Assembly (NCBI GenBank): GCA_050949045.1 | Contig: JBMNEZ010000001.1 | Coordinates: 832,001-896,000 of the forward strand | DNA from: Candidatus Izemoplasmatales bacterium | GTDB lineage: Bacteria > Bacillota_I > Bacilli_A > Izemoplasmatales > Hujiaoplasmataceae | Length of the DNA: 64,000 nucleotides | Reading direction: 5' to 3' | Part shown: in pieces, positions 41,880 through 52,497 of the stretch | Numbering within the stretch: position 1 is the first letter of the stretch | Layout of the letters: each line of letters opens with the position of its first letter | Made by a program: the position numbers and the translations under genes | Notes under the pieces: generated by a model | What the model saw: the letters and a program-made list of their open reading frames with translations, nothing else | Database searches by the model: none | What the model was told of the DNA's origin: nothing

Positions 41880-43043
41880 TCAATCACGCTCCTTCAAATA
41901 GGAACGGAAGACATCCTGAAGATCGAGTTTTTCCCAGGGAAGATCCAGGTCGTCACGCCCAAAATGGCCATAAGCGGCCGTTTGCCTGTAAATTGGTCTT
42001 TTGAGTTTAAAGTAATCGATGATTGCTTTTGGACGAAGATCAAAATGCTTCTCAATAAGCATCCTAATCTCATCGTCTGTAATCACACCGGTTCCAAAGG
42101 TATTGACTCCGATCGATGTCGGTTTTGCGATACCGATGGCATAGGATACTTGAAGTTCGACCATTCTCGCAATCCCGGCGGCCACAAGGTTCTTGGCCAG
42201 GTAGCGCATGGCATAGGCGCCGCTTCGATCGAGTTTGGAAGGGTCTTTCCCAGAAAATGCCCCTCCGCCGTGATGGGCGCTCCCGCCATAGGTGTCGACG
42301 ATGATCTTCCTTCCGGTCATCCCCGAATCTCCCAAAGGACCGCCGATCACAAACCTGCCTGTCGGATTGACAAGAAATTCGGTTTCATTGTCGATAAAAA
42401 CTGGTGGAATTACCGGTTTAATGACTTTTTCAACGATGTCTTGATAGATCGTTTCGTAACTGACATTGGGTGCGTGCTGCGCTGAGACAAGGATCTTCGA
42501 AACGCGTTTCAGCGATCCGTCATCGTTGAATTCTCCGCTAACCTGTGTCTTTCCGTCAGGACGGAGATAGGGCAAGAGTTTATTCTTTCTCACTTCAGAA
42601 AGCCTCTTGGCGAGTTTGTTCGCCAGAACATGCGTAATCGGCATATACTCCTTGGTTTCATCGGTGGCGAAACCGAACATCATACCCTGGTCGCCGGCTC
42701 CTTGTTCATGTGTCTTTTTCTCGTCGACTCCTTGAGCGATGTCGGGAGACTGGCTGTTGATGGAAACCAGCACGGCAAGGTTGTCGGCGTCGAAACCGTA
42801 TTTTCCACGGTCATAACCGATTTCTTTCACAGTCGAGCGGACAATACTCTGAATATCGACATATGTCTTCGTCGTTATTTCCCCTGCCACAAGCACAAGT
42901 CCAGTCGTAACAAGCGTCTCGCAAGCGACTCTGGCATCGGGATCATCAGCCAAAATAGCATCGAGAATAGCATCGGATATTTGGTCGCAAATCTTGTCGG
43001 GATGGCCTTCGGTCACCGACTCCGAGGTGAAATATCTATACAT
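41880..43043 (-). CDS. metK: S-adenosylmethionine synthetase
   Basis: [36 protein letters not shown]. Confidence 0.99.
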   Translation of the reverse strand: MYRYFTSESVTEGHPDKICDQISDAILDAILADDPDARVACETLVTTGLVLVAGEITTKTYVDIQSIVRSTVKEIGYDRGKYGFDADNLAVLVSINSQSPDIAQGVDEKKTHEQGAGDQGMMFGFATDETKEYMPITHVLANKLAKRLSEVRKNKLLPYLRPDGKTQVSGEFNDDGSLKRVSKILVSAQHAPNVSYETIYQDIVEKVIKPVIPPVFIDNETEFLVNPTGRFVIGGPLGDSGMTGRKIIVDTYGGSAHHGGGAFSGKDPSKLDRSGAYAMRYLAKNLVAAGIARMVELQVSYAIGIAKPTSIGVNTFGTGVITDDEIRMLIEKHFDLRPKAIIDYFKLKRPIYRQTAAYGHFGRDDLDLPWEKLDLQDVFRSYLKERD

Positions 43044-43052
43044 AAGCCAACC

Positions 43053-44648
43053 TCATTCCTGGCTGAGACGATAATAAATCGCCTCAAAATCATCACTATA
43101 TTTGACAAAGCGGTCGATAATCTGAGGATCAAAGTAGGGATAAAACTCAAGTTGAAGCAGATCCATCGCCCGAGAATGTCGGAGTTCCCGCTTATAGTTA
43201 CGTGGTTGTCTCAGGATATCGTACATCTGACAGAGAAGAATGACCTGTGACTCACGATTGCTCTGGATCGCGTTCATTTCCTTGATGAAATCTTGGTCGG
43301 CGGTCTTCTCGAAATGGGCTCTGATGATGTCTTCGCCCTTTTTCTCCAATTGCAGGCGCTTGATGATTACCGAGCCAATGATCGTCTTTTCTCTGATTTT
43401 ACGGAAATCGGCTTCATCGAGAACTTCCTTCATGTCATAGTCTGCCAGCGACAACAGATCGCGTTTGTCGATATGGATCGTCGAAAAATCAAAGATTTCC
43501 TTGCAAAGTTTGGGCGAATATCCCAGGTAGTTGCCAAGTTTGGCAGCCATCTCGGCGATCTTTCTGAGTGATTTTTCCTGCAGTTTCTCTTGATGTTCGT
43601 CGCTTCTTTGCCGGTATACGCCGATTACATCGAAGACATCGGAGACGACGGCTTTGAAATCCTTCTCCATCGCCCGGCGCTTGACGAGTTCCGCCTTCCT
43701 TTTGTTGTTCATATCCTCAGAGATCTTGGCGGTCGAGTAGAGCGCGAGCTCAAAGACGAGCAAGACGATGGTGCGGAGGATGATATCCGTAATCACGGGG
43801 CCTTTAAGATAATTCCACATTTCGGCGAAACTCGAGGCGTAATTATAGACATCATAGAGAACCGTCACATGGATGATTGTCATCGAGATCAAAGCAACCT
43901 TGAACATCAAACTCAACAGTTTGGTATCTTGGTAGAGGGCGAGAACCACTAGGGCAAAGTAGATTAGGGCATAGCCCGCTTGAGTGATCGAAAAGTAACC
44001 GATGGCGGGATCTTGTCCAAGAGTCACACGCAGCTTGATATAGACGGATATCGCCATCAGGAGAATATAGAATCCGGAGATGTATTCACCGATCTGTTGT
44101 TTATGAAGCGTCTTGGGTTCTTGGAGAATGATTTTGCGGATTGTTTGATTGGTGAAGAACATGACAAGTCCGAAGCCGAAAGCGACGATCAGGTTCATTT
44201 TCAGATTCGTGCCTTCGGTGGCCATCAAGATGAAAATCATAAAGACAAGGTTGGTAATCCAGAGGATGTTCCTGATAACCAGATTTTTCCGGAAGAGGAC
44301 AGAGGTCTCGTCAAGGATGTCAACCCCCGCCTCGAAACTGAATTCGCTGACAAAGAAATTCTTTAGTTTTAGCAAAAATACGGCAAATTTGCCTTTGCCT
44401 TCGGAAATATAGGGTTTTTGGTTGGCTTGGACCTTGTTCTCGTCAAAGCGGCTCTTAAAGGATGTGACACGAAAAAAATCGACGAATTTGTCCAACCCGG
44501 TTTTCTTCTTTGCCGGTTTTTCGACTGGTACGGAAGCAAGATACTCATCGATTTTATTTTTTTCCTCGCGTTTGCCGCCGCGGCGTTTTTTTTGGGTGTC
44601 GTTCCTACGAAAAAATTCATCAAGCGTTTTTTCCCGGTTGTCCATCAC
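43053..44648 (-). CDS. Multi-TM protein with degenerate HD-GYP domain
   Basis: Charged N-terminus, ~6 TM segments and a coiled linker, then SLRKIAEMAAKLG..LG, IG..II, YDIL...RNYK and FDPQIIDRF of the HD-GYP fold. Confidence 0.75.
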   Translation of the reverse strand: MMDNREKTLDEFFRRNDTQKKRRGGKREEKNKIDEYLASVPVEKPAKKKTGLDKFVDFFRVTSFKSRFDENKVQANQKPYISEGKGKFAVFLLKLKNFFVSEFSFEAGVDILDETSVLFRKNLVIRNILWITNLVFMIFILMATEGTNLKMNLIVAFGFGLVMFFTNQTIRKIILQEPKTLHKQQIGEYISGFYILLMAISVYIKLRVTLGQDPAIGYFSITQAGYALIYFALVVLALYQDTKLLSLMFKVALISMTIIHVTVLYDVYNYASSFAEMWNYLKGPVITDIILRTIVLLVFELALYSTAKISEDMNNKRKAELVKRRAMEKDFKAVVSDVFDVIGVYRQRSDEHQEKLQEKSLRKIAEMAAKLGNYLGYSPKLCKEIFDFSTIHIDKRDLLSLADYDMKEVLDEADFRKIREKTIIGSVIIKRLQLEKKGEDIIRAHFEKTADQDFIKEMNAIQSNRESQVILLCQMYDILRQPRNYKRELRHSRAMDLLQLEFYPYFDPQIIDRFVKYSDDFEAIYYRLSQE

Positions 44649-44678
44649 ATCACCCCCTGAAAACAGATTATTCCGCTT

Positions 44679-45239
44679 TTAGAATAATTTAAACTGTTCG
44701 ATAATCGACGGGTCTTTGCGCGCTTCGATTTCGTTTTCGATCTGGGCTACCCTTGTGGAAGCGGCTGCGGCGATAGCACCCACGATATCGTCCATGAAGG
44801 TATGGCAGACACCCTTGTTTTTCTTCCCGGCTTCATTCAGCTTGCTGATTACTCCCGGTTTGTTGACATCGATGTCGCCGAAGTTGGTTCTGCCGATAGT
44901 GCCATAAATGCCTGCCAGTTCAATGCCAAAGAGCTCATCGATCCCAAACATGCCTTGATCACTCATCAAAATGGCCTGGATCGGTCCCTGGAAGGCTTCG
45001 GCTTCGGTCAGTCTGTCGATTTCCGCTCCCAACTGAAGAAGATGAAAAACATCACGGAGAGACAGAATCTTTTCAACGGACTCAAGGCATTCGCTGAAAG
45101 AGATGTCCGGTTTCCACTTTGACTGTTGCTTGAAGGCGATTTCGGCGATTTGCTCAACGCTGACGCCGCGTTCCAACAGTTTTTCGATGTTCATTTTCAA
45201 CATTTCTTCTCGTGAAAAGAGATTGCGTTGACGATTCAC
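44679..45239 (-). CDS. Phosphatidylglycerophosphatase A family (YutG-like)
   Basis: LLERGV, GIDE, IYGTIGRTNFGDIDVNKPGVI, HTFMDDIVGAIAAAA; GTG 45239 behind GAGGTG. Confidence 0.85.
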   Translation of the reverse strand: MNRQRNLFSREEMLKMNIEKLLERGVSVEQIAEIAFKQQSKWKPDISFSECLESVEKILSLRDVFHLLQLGAEIDRLTEAEAFQGPIQAILMSDQGMFGIDELFGIELAGIYGTIGRTNFGDIDVNKPGVISKLNEAGKKNKGVCHTFMDDIVGAIAAAASTRVAQIENEIEARKDPSIIEQFKLF

Positions 45240-45320
45240 AAAAATCACCTCTAATAAGTCGTTAAATCATGGTGATGCTATTTATTGATTATAGCATATT
45301 ATAATGATAAAAGCGAAAAT

Positions 45321-46265
45321 CTATTTGAATTTACGTCCTTTTACGAGCAATGTGCGCCCGATCCCGTTCATAAAAGTCTGAATGCTCATTGCATTTCTTC
45401 CCTCCAATTGCACCTTCTGCAAACTGACAAGCCCTTGGGAGGTGGAAACCAGTACTTTTTCTTTGTCCGCATGGACGATTTCGCCCGCCTCTGCCGGTAC
45501 AAATTCATTTGTATCGAGCGCCGTGGCTTTTAAAATCTTCAACTTCTGCCCATTTATCAAGGCGTGAGCGATCGGTCTTGGATAAAGAGCCCTGATTTTG
45601 TCTCTTACTCTGACGGCGGTATCGTGAAAATCGATTCTTTCTTCTTCAGGCCTGATATTATATCCGTAAGTGGCTTCCTCTTCGTCTTGCGGCTTTGCCT
45701 CAATCTCCCCCATAACCAGTTTGTCGAGTGTCCTCAACAACAAGTTCTTTCCCTTGATCGCCAATTTCCCTTCAATGGTTTCGAGATTGTCCTCGGGAAG
45801 AATTATAAGACTGTCCTGGGCGAGAATCGGCCCCGAATCCATTTTTGGGGCCATGTACATTACAGTTACCCCTGTCTTTTCTTCTCCGGCCATGATCGCT
45901 CTTTGCATCGGAGCTCCGCCGCGATATTTTGGCAACAAAGATGCATGGACGTTGATCGACTTGTACTTCGGGTAGTAGAGGACCTCCCGCGGGATCATCT
46001 GCCCGTAGGCCGCAACCACGATCAGCTCGGCATTGGCATCTAGAATCGGCGAGTAATCTTTTTTGATGCTTTCCGGTTGAAATACGGGTATCGAGAGTGA
46101 CCCGGCGCATATTTTGACGCTCGACGGCTTCAAGATCTTCTTTCGCCCGACGGGCTTGTCGGGCTGGGTGACGACTAGCACCACCTGATGCCTTTCAGCC
46201 AGTCCGAAAAGAATTGGAACTGCAAAATCTGTTGTGCCCATAAATACGATACGCATGTTTGTCAC
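45321..46265 (-). CDS. fmt: Methionyl-tRNA formyltransferase
   Basis: IVFMGT, VVTQPDKPVGR, NVHASLLPKYRGGAP, MDSG. Confidence 0.97.
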   Translation of the reverse strand: MTNMRIVFMGTTDFAVPILFGLAERHQVVLVVTQPDKPVGRKKILKPSSVKICAGSLSIPVFQPESIKKDYSPILDANAELIVVAAYGQMIPREVLYYPKYKSINVHASLLPKYRGGAPMQRAIMAGEEKTGVTVMYMAPKMDSGPILAQDSLIILPEDNLETIEGKLAIKGKNLLLRTLDKLVMGEIEAKPQDEEEATYGYNIRPEEERIDFHDTAVRVRDKIRALYPRPIAHALINGQKLKILKATALDTNEFVPAEAGEIVHADKEKVLVSTSQGLVSLQKVQLEGRNAMSIQTFMNGIGRTLLVKGRKFK

Positions 46266-48608
46266 CTACTCCAAAGTCGGGGTTCTGTCGATCGTGACTC
46301 TGATAAGGTCCGAATCGAACTCATTTTTGATCGAGGTCAATATTTGGTTGAGTGCCGGCTCATCTCGGTGTTTGATGATGACTTGACATTGATATTTTCC
46401 CCTTATTCTCGATACAATCGGCAGGGATGGTCCCAATACAATCGCTTCCGAGTTCAATTCGCTCCTAAGCTGATCGACGGATTTTTTAGCAACCAAGAAC
46501 AGATCCCGGACCTTTTCACCGGCGAACAACAACTGGGCGAGATAATAGAAAGGCGTGTAGCGAGCAATCTTTCTCAATTTCATCTCGTGCGAATAGAACC
46601 CAAGATAATCTTGATTGACGGCATAAGAAATGGCATAGTGGTTCGGATTGAACGCTTGCACGATGACCTTCCCCTGCTTTTCTCGCCTCCCGGCCCGTCC
46701 GGCTACCTGCGTTATCAGTTGAAACGTCTTTTCCGGAGCCCGGAAATCAGGAGAATAGAGATTCCCATCGGCCTGGATGATGCCGACAAGCGTCACTTTG
46801 GGAAAATCAAGTCCTTTGGCAATCATCTGGGTTCCCAAAAGAATGTCGCCGTCTTTTTCAAAGTTGTGGAGAAGGATCTCGTGAGCATTCTTGGTCTTGG
46901 TGGTGTCGGTATCCATCCTGATCACTTTCGCCGAGGGAAACAGCCGCTTGAGCTCAATCTCGATTTTTTGCGTTCCCGCTCCAAAGTAGCGTAGTTCTTC
47001 GGAACCGCATTTTGCACATGTTTTCGGGAGTTTTTCCTTGTGATTGCAGTAATGGCATTTGAGCGATCGATCAGCTTCATGATGGGTAAGAGAAATATCG
47101 CAGTCCGGGCAGGTGAACACATAACCGCAGTTGCGACAAATGACGAAGGTGGAAAAGCCACGACGATTCATCAATAAAAGCGCCTGTTCACCACAATCAA
47201 GGGTTAGGGAGAGTTCTTCGGTCAGCCTTCTTGAGAAAAGGCCCGTGTTGCCTGATTTAAACTCCTGTTTCATGTCGATGACCTCTAGGTCGGGAAGGCT
47301 TGCGTTTTGCGCTCGCTCTGGAAGTTCCAATAGTTCGTAATAACCGCGTTTAAAGCGCGCATATGCCTCGATCGAAGGCGTTGCCGATCCGAGGATCAGC
47401 GGTGCTTGATTCGTTTGTGACCTAAGGGACAAAACGTCGATGGCATAGTACTTCGGGGGTTCTTCCTGCTTGTACGTCGTCTCGTGAAACTCATCGACGA
47501 CAATGATGCCAAGATTGGTAAACGGCGCGAAACAGGCACTTCTCGCACCTATCACTATCTTTACTTCTTTGCGGATGATCTTTCGCCACTCATCAAATTT
47601 TTCACCGTGAGAAAGGCCGGAATGAAGGACGGCGAGTTTCCCGGGAAACCGGCTCATAAACCGTGACATCATCATCGGCGTCAACGATATCTCGGGAACG
47701 AGGACGATAGCCTCCTTGCCGAGTTTGACCACCTTTTCGATCGCATTCAGATAGATTTCCGTCTTCCCGCTGCCGGTCACTCCATGCAATAGAAAAGTCT
47801 GGTCGCTATTCAGTTTTGCCTCAATTTTATCGAGGGCAAGCCTCTGAGCCTGATTCAGAATGATGTTCTTTTCGATCGGCTGTGCGAGCGAAAATAAATC
47901 CCGGTAGTGTTCCTTGGTCTTGATCTCGATAAAGCCATTTTTTTCTAGGGTACTAACCACCGATGCGGTCACTTTTGCCCTAGTCGCAAGTTCTTGGATC
48001 CCGAGCATGCCATCATTGTTTTTCAAGATGTCGATGACTAGTTGTTGCTTGGCTGTAAGATTGATGGGCTTCTTCCCACTCAGATGAACAACTCTTTTGG
48101 TCCTCGCCGTGGCTTGGCTTTTGATCTCTGTTTCTTGACGGAGATTGCCCGCTTTGACCTGAGCCTTTACTTCGGGTAGAAATCCGGTTAGATCGTCAAG
48201 ATAACGATAGTTTCGATCTAGAAACTCCAAAGACAGTTCCGCTGACAGAGCCAATCTGTTTATGACGCTGATTTTGGTTTTGTATGTCGCTTTCAGGGCC
48301 GAGGGCAGGATCGTTTCGATAACTTTGATCATCACGGTGCCGGTCTCTTCGCGGATTCTCTTGGCGAGATCGATCAACTCGGCCGTCAGATAACTCTCGA
48401 TATCGAGCACTGCCAGTAGCGGCTTCAAATCGAGAATCGGGGAATCATCAGTCAACTCCAGGCAAAAGCCTTGTAGCTCGCGCGGGCCAAAAGGAACCTT
48501 AACCCGCATGCCAACCTCGATAATGGTCGAAAAAGCTTCAGGAACCCGATAATCAAAAAGTTTGTCAACCGCTTTTGCGGGAACGTCCACAAGCACTTTG
48601 GCAATCAT
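46266..48608 (-). CDS. priA: Primosomal protein N' (replication restart helicase)
   Basis: GVTGSGKTEIY, LVPEISLTP, DEFH, four CxxC motifs, GTQMIAKGLDF, QVAGRAGR. Confidence 0.97.
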   Translation of the reverse strand: MIAKVLVDVPAKAVDKLFDYRVPEAFSTIIEVGMRVKVPFGPRELQGFCLELTDDSPILDLKPLLAVLDIESYLTAELIDLAKRIREETGTVMIKVIETILPSALKATYKTKISVINRLALSAELSLEFLDRNYRYLDDLTGFLPEVKAQVKAGNLRQETEIKSQATARTKRVVHLSGKKPINLTAKQQLVIDILKNNDGMLGIQELATRAKVTASVVSTLEKNGFIEIKTKEHYRDLFSLAQPIEKNIILNQAQRLALDKIEAKLNSDQTFLLHGVTGSGKTEIYLNAIEKVVKLGKEAIVLVPEISLTPMMMSRFMSRFPGKLAVLHSGLSHGEKFDEWRKIIRKEVKIVIGARSACFAPFTNLGIIVVDEFHETTYKQEEPPKYYAIDVLSLRSQTNQAPLILGSATPSIEAYARFKRGYYELLELPERAQNASLPDLEVIDMKQEFKSGNTGLFSRRLTEELSLTLDCGEQALLLMNRRGFSTFVICRNCGYVFTCPDCDISLTHHEADRSLKCHYCNHKEKLPKTCAKCGSEELRYFGAGTQKIEIELKRLFPSAKVIRMDTDTTKTKNAHEILLHNFEKDGDILLGTQMIAKGLDFPKVTLVGIIQADGNLYSPDFRAPEKTFQLITQVAGRAGRREKQGKVIVQAFNPNHYAISYAVNQDYLGFYSHEMKLRKIARYTPFYYLAQLLFAGEKVRDLFLVAKKSVDQLRSELNSEAIVLGPSLPIVSRIRGKYQCQVIIKHRDEPALNQILTSIKNEFDSDLIRVTIDRTPTLE

Positions 48609-48773
48609 CCGATCCCTCCTTCTCAAATATTATTATAACATGAACAACAAGGAAAATTTTCAAAACCATGTATCCGGAAAACCGCCGAACACTGGAAAGC
48701 GACACTTCCTGCTTCAATTGTAATGCGACATTCGATAGAATGCAAGATTCGGGAAAATATTAAACGGTATCAT

Positions 48774-48802
48774 TTGCATAATCGCCGGAATTCGGTTATA
48801 AT
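48774..48802 (+). promoter_or_regulatory. Sigma-A promoter of rnj
   Basis: TTGCAT-17 nt-TATAAT. Confidence 0.65.
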
Positions 48803-48854
48803 ATCCATAATGAAACAGTAAAGGACAATTGCCATTTCGGAAAGGATTCACAAC

Positions 48855-50534
48855 ATGCTAGAACCAAACGCTAAAACCCATGAGGTTCGCCTCTTCGCAC
48901 TGGGCGGTTTGGGAGAAGTTGGCAAGAACATGTATTGCGTGGAATATCGTGACGAGCTCGTCATCATCGACTCGGGGCTTTTATTTCCCGATGACTATTT
49001 GATGGGTATTGACTACGTTATTCCCGATTATACATATTTGGTTGAAAATCAAAGCAAGATCAAAGCTTTGGTAATCAGCCACGGCCATGAGGACCATATC
49101 GGCGGAATCCCGTTTCTGTTAAAAACCGTCAAAGTCCCCACCGTCTACGCCTCCGGACTGAGTTACGGCCTGATCAAGGTTAAAATGGAGGAACACGCCA
49201 ATTTATCCCTGAATCTCCAGGAATATCATGAATCGGATATCATCCGGTTCAAACATCTTTCAATCAGTTTCTTCCGGACCAACCATTCAATTCCGGATTC
49301 TTTTGGCATCAAAGTCTCCACTCCCGAGGGTGTCATTGTCCATACAGGTGACTTCAAATTCGACTTTTCTCCGGTCGCCAATGACTCCAATTATCATAAG
49401 ATGGCCAAAATCGGCGAAGAAGGCGTCTTGTGTCTGATGTCAGACTCCACCAACGCCGAACTTGAGGATTTTACGATATCCGAAAAAGTCGTCGGCGAAA
49501 CGATCAAAGACCTCTTCTCGTCTATTGACGGACGCATCATCATCTCCACCTTCGCCTCTAATGTCCACCGTATCCAGCAAATCGTCGAAGCATCGGTCGC
49601 CACCGACAGAAAAATTGCCGTCTTTGGCCGATCGATGGAAAAAAACATCGAAGTCGGCATGAGACTGGGCTATATCAAAGCACCGTACGGAACCTTTCTG
49701 TACAGCCGCAATTTGACCGGACTACGCGCAAGGAACATAACAATTCTTTGTACCGGTTCCCAGGGAGAACCCCTGGCTGCTTTGACCAGGATTGCCCAAG
49801 GAAGTCATAAACAGATTTCCCTTATTCCCGGCGACAGCGTGATACTGTCTTCCTCAGCGATCCCCGGCAATCAGGAAAGCATCAATAAAACCATTAATTT
49901 GTTATACAAGAATGGCGCAAATGTCATCACCCAGTCGCCGTTCGCCGATGTCCATGCATCCGGACATGGCAGCCAAAATGAACTTAAATTGATGCTCAAA
50001 CTGATGCGACCCCGTTTTTTTGTCCCGATTCACGGTGAGTACAGGATGTTAAAAATGCACGTTAAGCTTGCACAAGACGCCGGCGTCAAACCGGAAAACA
50101 CGTTCATCCTCGATAATGGCGACGTCTTGGCACTAACTAAAACCACCGCGCGCCTCGATGGCAAAGTTCAAACTGCGGATGTCTATGTCGATGGCTCTGC
50201 CATCGGCGAGGTCGGAACCCAAATCATCAGAGACCGCAGGGACCTTTCCGAAGATGGACTCCTCTCTGTCGTGATGACGATCAACCAAAAACGCCAAGAA
50301 GTGGTCTGCGCCCCTTCGATTGTCTCTAGAGGATTCATCTTCATGAAAGACAACAACGAGATGATCAAGAACCTGCAGGAGCTTGTCCTTGATATCACAG
50401 ACAAATACTTGGCAAAGAGCAAGAAATTCAATGTCACAACTCTTAAAAACGATCTTCAAAAAGCGCTGTCGCGCTACATCCAGCAAAAAACTTCACACAA
50501 ACCGATGATCATGCCCGTCATCATGGTTTTATAA
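48855..50534 (+). CDS. rnj: Ribonuclease J
   Basis: LGGLGEVGKN, HGHEDHIG, HTGDFK, TGSQGEP, HASGHG, PIHGE. Confidence 0.97.
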   Translation: MLEPNAKTHEVRLFALGGLGEVGKNMYCVEYRDELVIIDSGLLFPDDYLMGIDYVIPDYTYLVENQSKIKALVISHGHEDHIGGIPFLLKTVKVPTVYASGLSYGLIKVKMEEHANLSLNLQEYHESDIIRFKHLSISFFRTNHSIPDSFGIKVSTPEGVIVHTGDFKFDFSPVANDSNYHKMAKIGEEGVLCLMSDSTNAELEDFTISEKVVGETIKDLFSSIDGRIIISTFASNVHRIQQIVEASVATDRKIAVFGRSMEKNIEVGMRLGYIKAPYGTFLYSRNLTGLRARNITILCTGSQGEPLAALTRIAQGSHKQISLIPGDSVILSSSAIPGNQESINKTINLLYKNGANVITQSPFADVHASGHGSQNELKLMLKLMRPRFFVPIHGEYRMLKMHVKLAQDAGVKPENTFILDNGDVLALTKTTARLDGKVQTADVYVDGSAIGEVGTQIIRDRRDLSEDGLLSVVMTINQKRQEVVCAPSIVSRGFIFMKDNNEMIKNLQELVLDITDKYLAKSKKFNVTTLKNDLQKALSRYIQQKTSHKPMIMPVIMVL

Positions 50535-50538
50535 AAAC

Positions 50539-50562
50539 AACCCTGGTTCGAACCAGGGTTTT
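50539..50562 (+). terminator. Terminator after rnj
   Basis: Perfect 22-bp palindrome AACCCTGGTTCGAACCAGGGTT followed by TT. Confidence 0.7.
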
Positions 50563-50970
50563 CTATCAAATATTTATATAAGAGAAGAACTCTGTCTTTA
50601 TCGAATTTTATCATTTTGCTAAAACCTTAAAAGCAGCAATGTACTTATTCAATACTCTTTTAGCAACTATTTCAATTTATACATTTTAAGGAAAGATAAT
50701 CTTCATTATAAAAATCTCACGGTCTTTCAAATTGAATATAGATTTGTTGAATATACATAGAGTGGTGGGTTGGTATAAAGAAATATACAATAGAAAATTT
50801 AGTGGTGATGACAACTTTAAAATCAAAAGCAATACGAAACTGCATTGATTCAGGTTTTTTTAAAAGTAAAAAAGATTATTCAAACTTTATTGAGAGGAAT
50901 CTTTTAACTGATTTTAAGCAGTTGGATTAAAAAACTACGACTTTAAAGCGTAAAAAGGCGATAGTGTCAT

Positions 50971-52497
50971 TTATTCGTCAATCTTGATCAAGCGGTCAGC
51001 CGAGTATTTTCTAACCGATAGCGCCGCCATCAGCATCAACGCTATCGGCAACACACAAAAGACGATTTTGATCGCAAGCGGCGCTTGCGGATCTTGTTGG
51101 AGATAAAGATAGTTGGCTTCAACGTTCAAACCGGTTCCCTCTAAAGTAGAAAACCATAACAAATCCGGTTTGGCTCTGTAACCGGATAGATCGAGAATCG
51201 GCCCGATCACCAGCGTCGCCAACCCGATCCCGATTTTTTGGAGAAAAGAAACGGCACCGAACAACGCGCCCTCCCGCTCAGGCTCTTTTTTGGTGATAAC
51301 GCTGATGGCATCGGGATACATTCCATAAGCGACGAGATGGATGTTCCCCATCCCCAGGCCAAGAACAAACACAGCCAGCCAACCCCATAGTGGAAAACTA
51401 GCCATCGCCGGCCCCATCGCCAAAGGGACGACATAGACTTCTCCCAGATAGTCGATCGCAATACGGTCAAAGGGCAATTGGGGCAGGAAGAAAAAAGCCG
51501 CAAAAGCAACTATCCAACACAAAGACCCCAGAAACAAGGTTTTTTGTTTGCCGATGCGATTAGAGATAAGAACCCATAAGGGCACACTTAAAAAACCCAG
51601 CACGAGCACCGATCCTGCGAGCGGCAAGAACAGTTCCGGAGAAAGCAGCCAGTAGTTCACAAAGTACTGGATCGTGTCTTGAAGCACGAAGATCGCGGCG
51701 AGCGAAAACATGAAGGCGAACGCCGATCTCCGGAAGTTATCATCTTTGAAACAAGCGATGAAATCCCGCTTTAAATTGAATTTGTCGTTCAGGGTTGCAT
51801 CTTCGCTTTTCAATTCGTAGGTCCCAAGAACCGTTAATAACAAAATGATGACGATCAGAACCCCGAAAATAGCGGAGATCATGATAAACTTATCGCCGGA
51901 ATGAGTCAGGGTGACATCGCCCATAATCAGATCGGGTACGGCGACGGCGATGATCGTCGCAAGAATCGTGGCCACCATCCGATACCCTGTCAATTTTGTC
52001 CGTTCACGATAGGACTTGGTCATGTCGTTGATCAATGATATGTAAGGGATGTAGGCGAGTGTATAGCAAAGATAGAAGATCAAGTAGATCACCAGAACAA
52101 GGAAGGTCTTGAGCCATTGGACAATCAATATCTGACCTGCCTCAAGGCCAAGGAGTTCCGGAGAAAGCCTCGCAATCAGCGCGGACACGCCAAAAACCGC
52201 AAAGAAAGACAGCCCCAGCGGAAAAGCGCTCAACAGCATCAGTTTTCGTCTGCGGCCCATTTTCGCTTTGATCCGGTCCGAATAGTAGCCGACGATCGGA
52301 TCGGTGACCGCATCCCAGAGAAAGCCGATGAAAATGACCGCAGAAGCCATGTACCCCTTGAGCCCTACCACATTGGTCAAAAAGATCAATAGATAAAAAC
52401 CGGTGATCGCCGTTCCGAACGTGAACGGCATATCCCCGATCCCATAGGAAACACTAGCTAGGAAACCAACTCTCTCTTTGTCAGTTGTTTTGTTCAT
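50971..52497 (-). CDS. MFS glycoside-pentoside-hexuronide (MelB-like) transporter
   Basis: SYGIGD, WDAVTDPIVGYYSDR...MGRRR, IPYISL..DMT....ERTKL, REGALFG...F.QK. Confidence 0.88.
   Translation of the reverse strand: MNKTTDKERVGFLASVSYGIGDMPFTFGTAITGFYLLIFLTNVVGLKGYMASAVIFIGFLWDAVTDPIVGYYSDRIKAKMGRRRKLMLLSAFPLGLSFFAVFGVSALIARLSPELLGLEAGQILIVQWLKTFLVLVIYLIFYLCYTLAYIPYISLINDMTKSYRERTKLTGYRMVATILATIIAVAVPDLIMGDVTLTHSGDKFIMISAIFGVLIVIILLLTVLGTYELKSEDATLNDKFNLKRDFIACFKDDNFRRSAFAFMFSLAAIFVLQDTIQYFVNYWLLSPELFLPLAGSVLVLGFLSVPLWVLISNRIGKQKTLFLGSLCWIVAFAAFFFLPQLPFDRIAIDYLGEVYVVPLAMGPAMASFPLWGWLAVFVLGLGMGNIHLVAYGMYPDAISVITKKEPEREGALFGAVSFLQKIGIGLATLVIGPILDLSGYRAKPDLLWFSTLEGTGLNVEANYLYLQQDPQAPLAIKIVFCVLPIALMLMAALSVRKYSADRLIKIDE

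Noticed and set aside
43040..45320. SAM riboswitch for metK
   Set aside because: metK starts 9 nt after the upstream gene, and no S-box or SMK consensus is visible in the operon leader.
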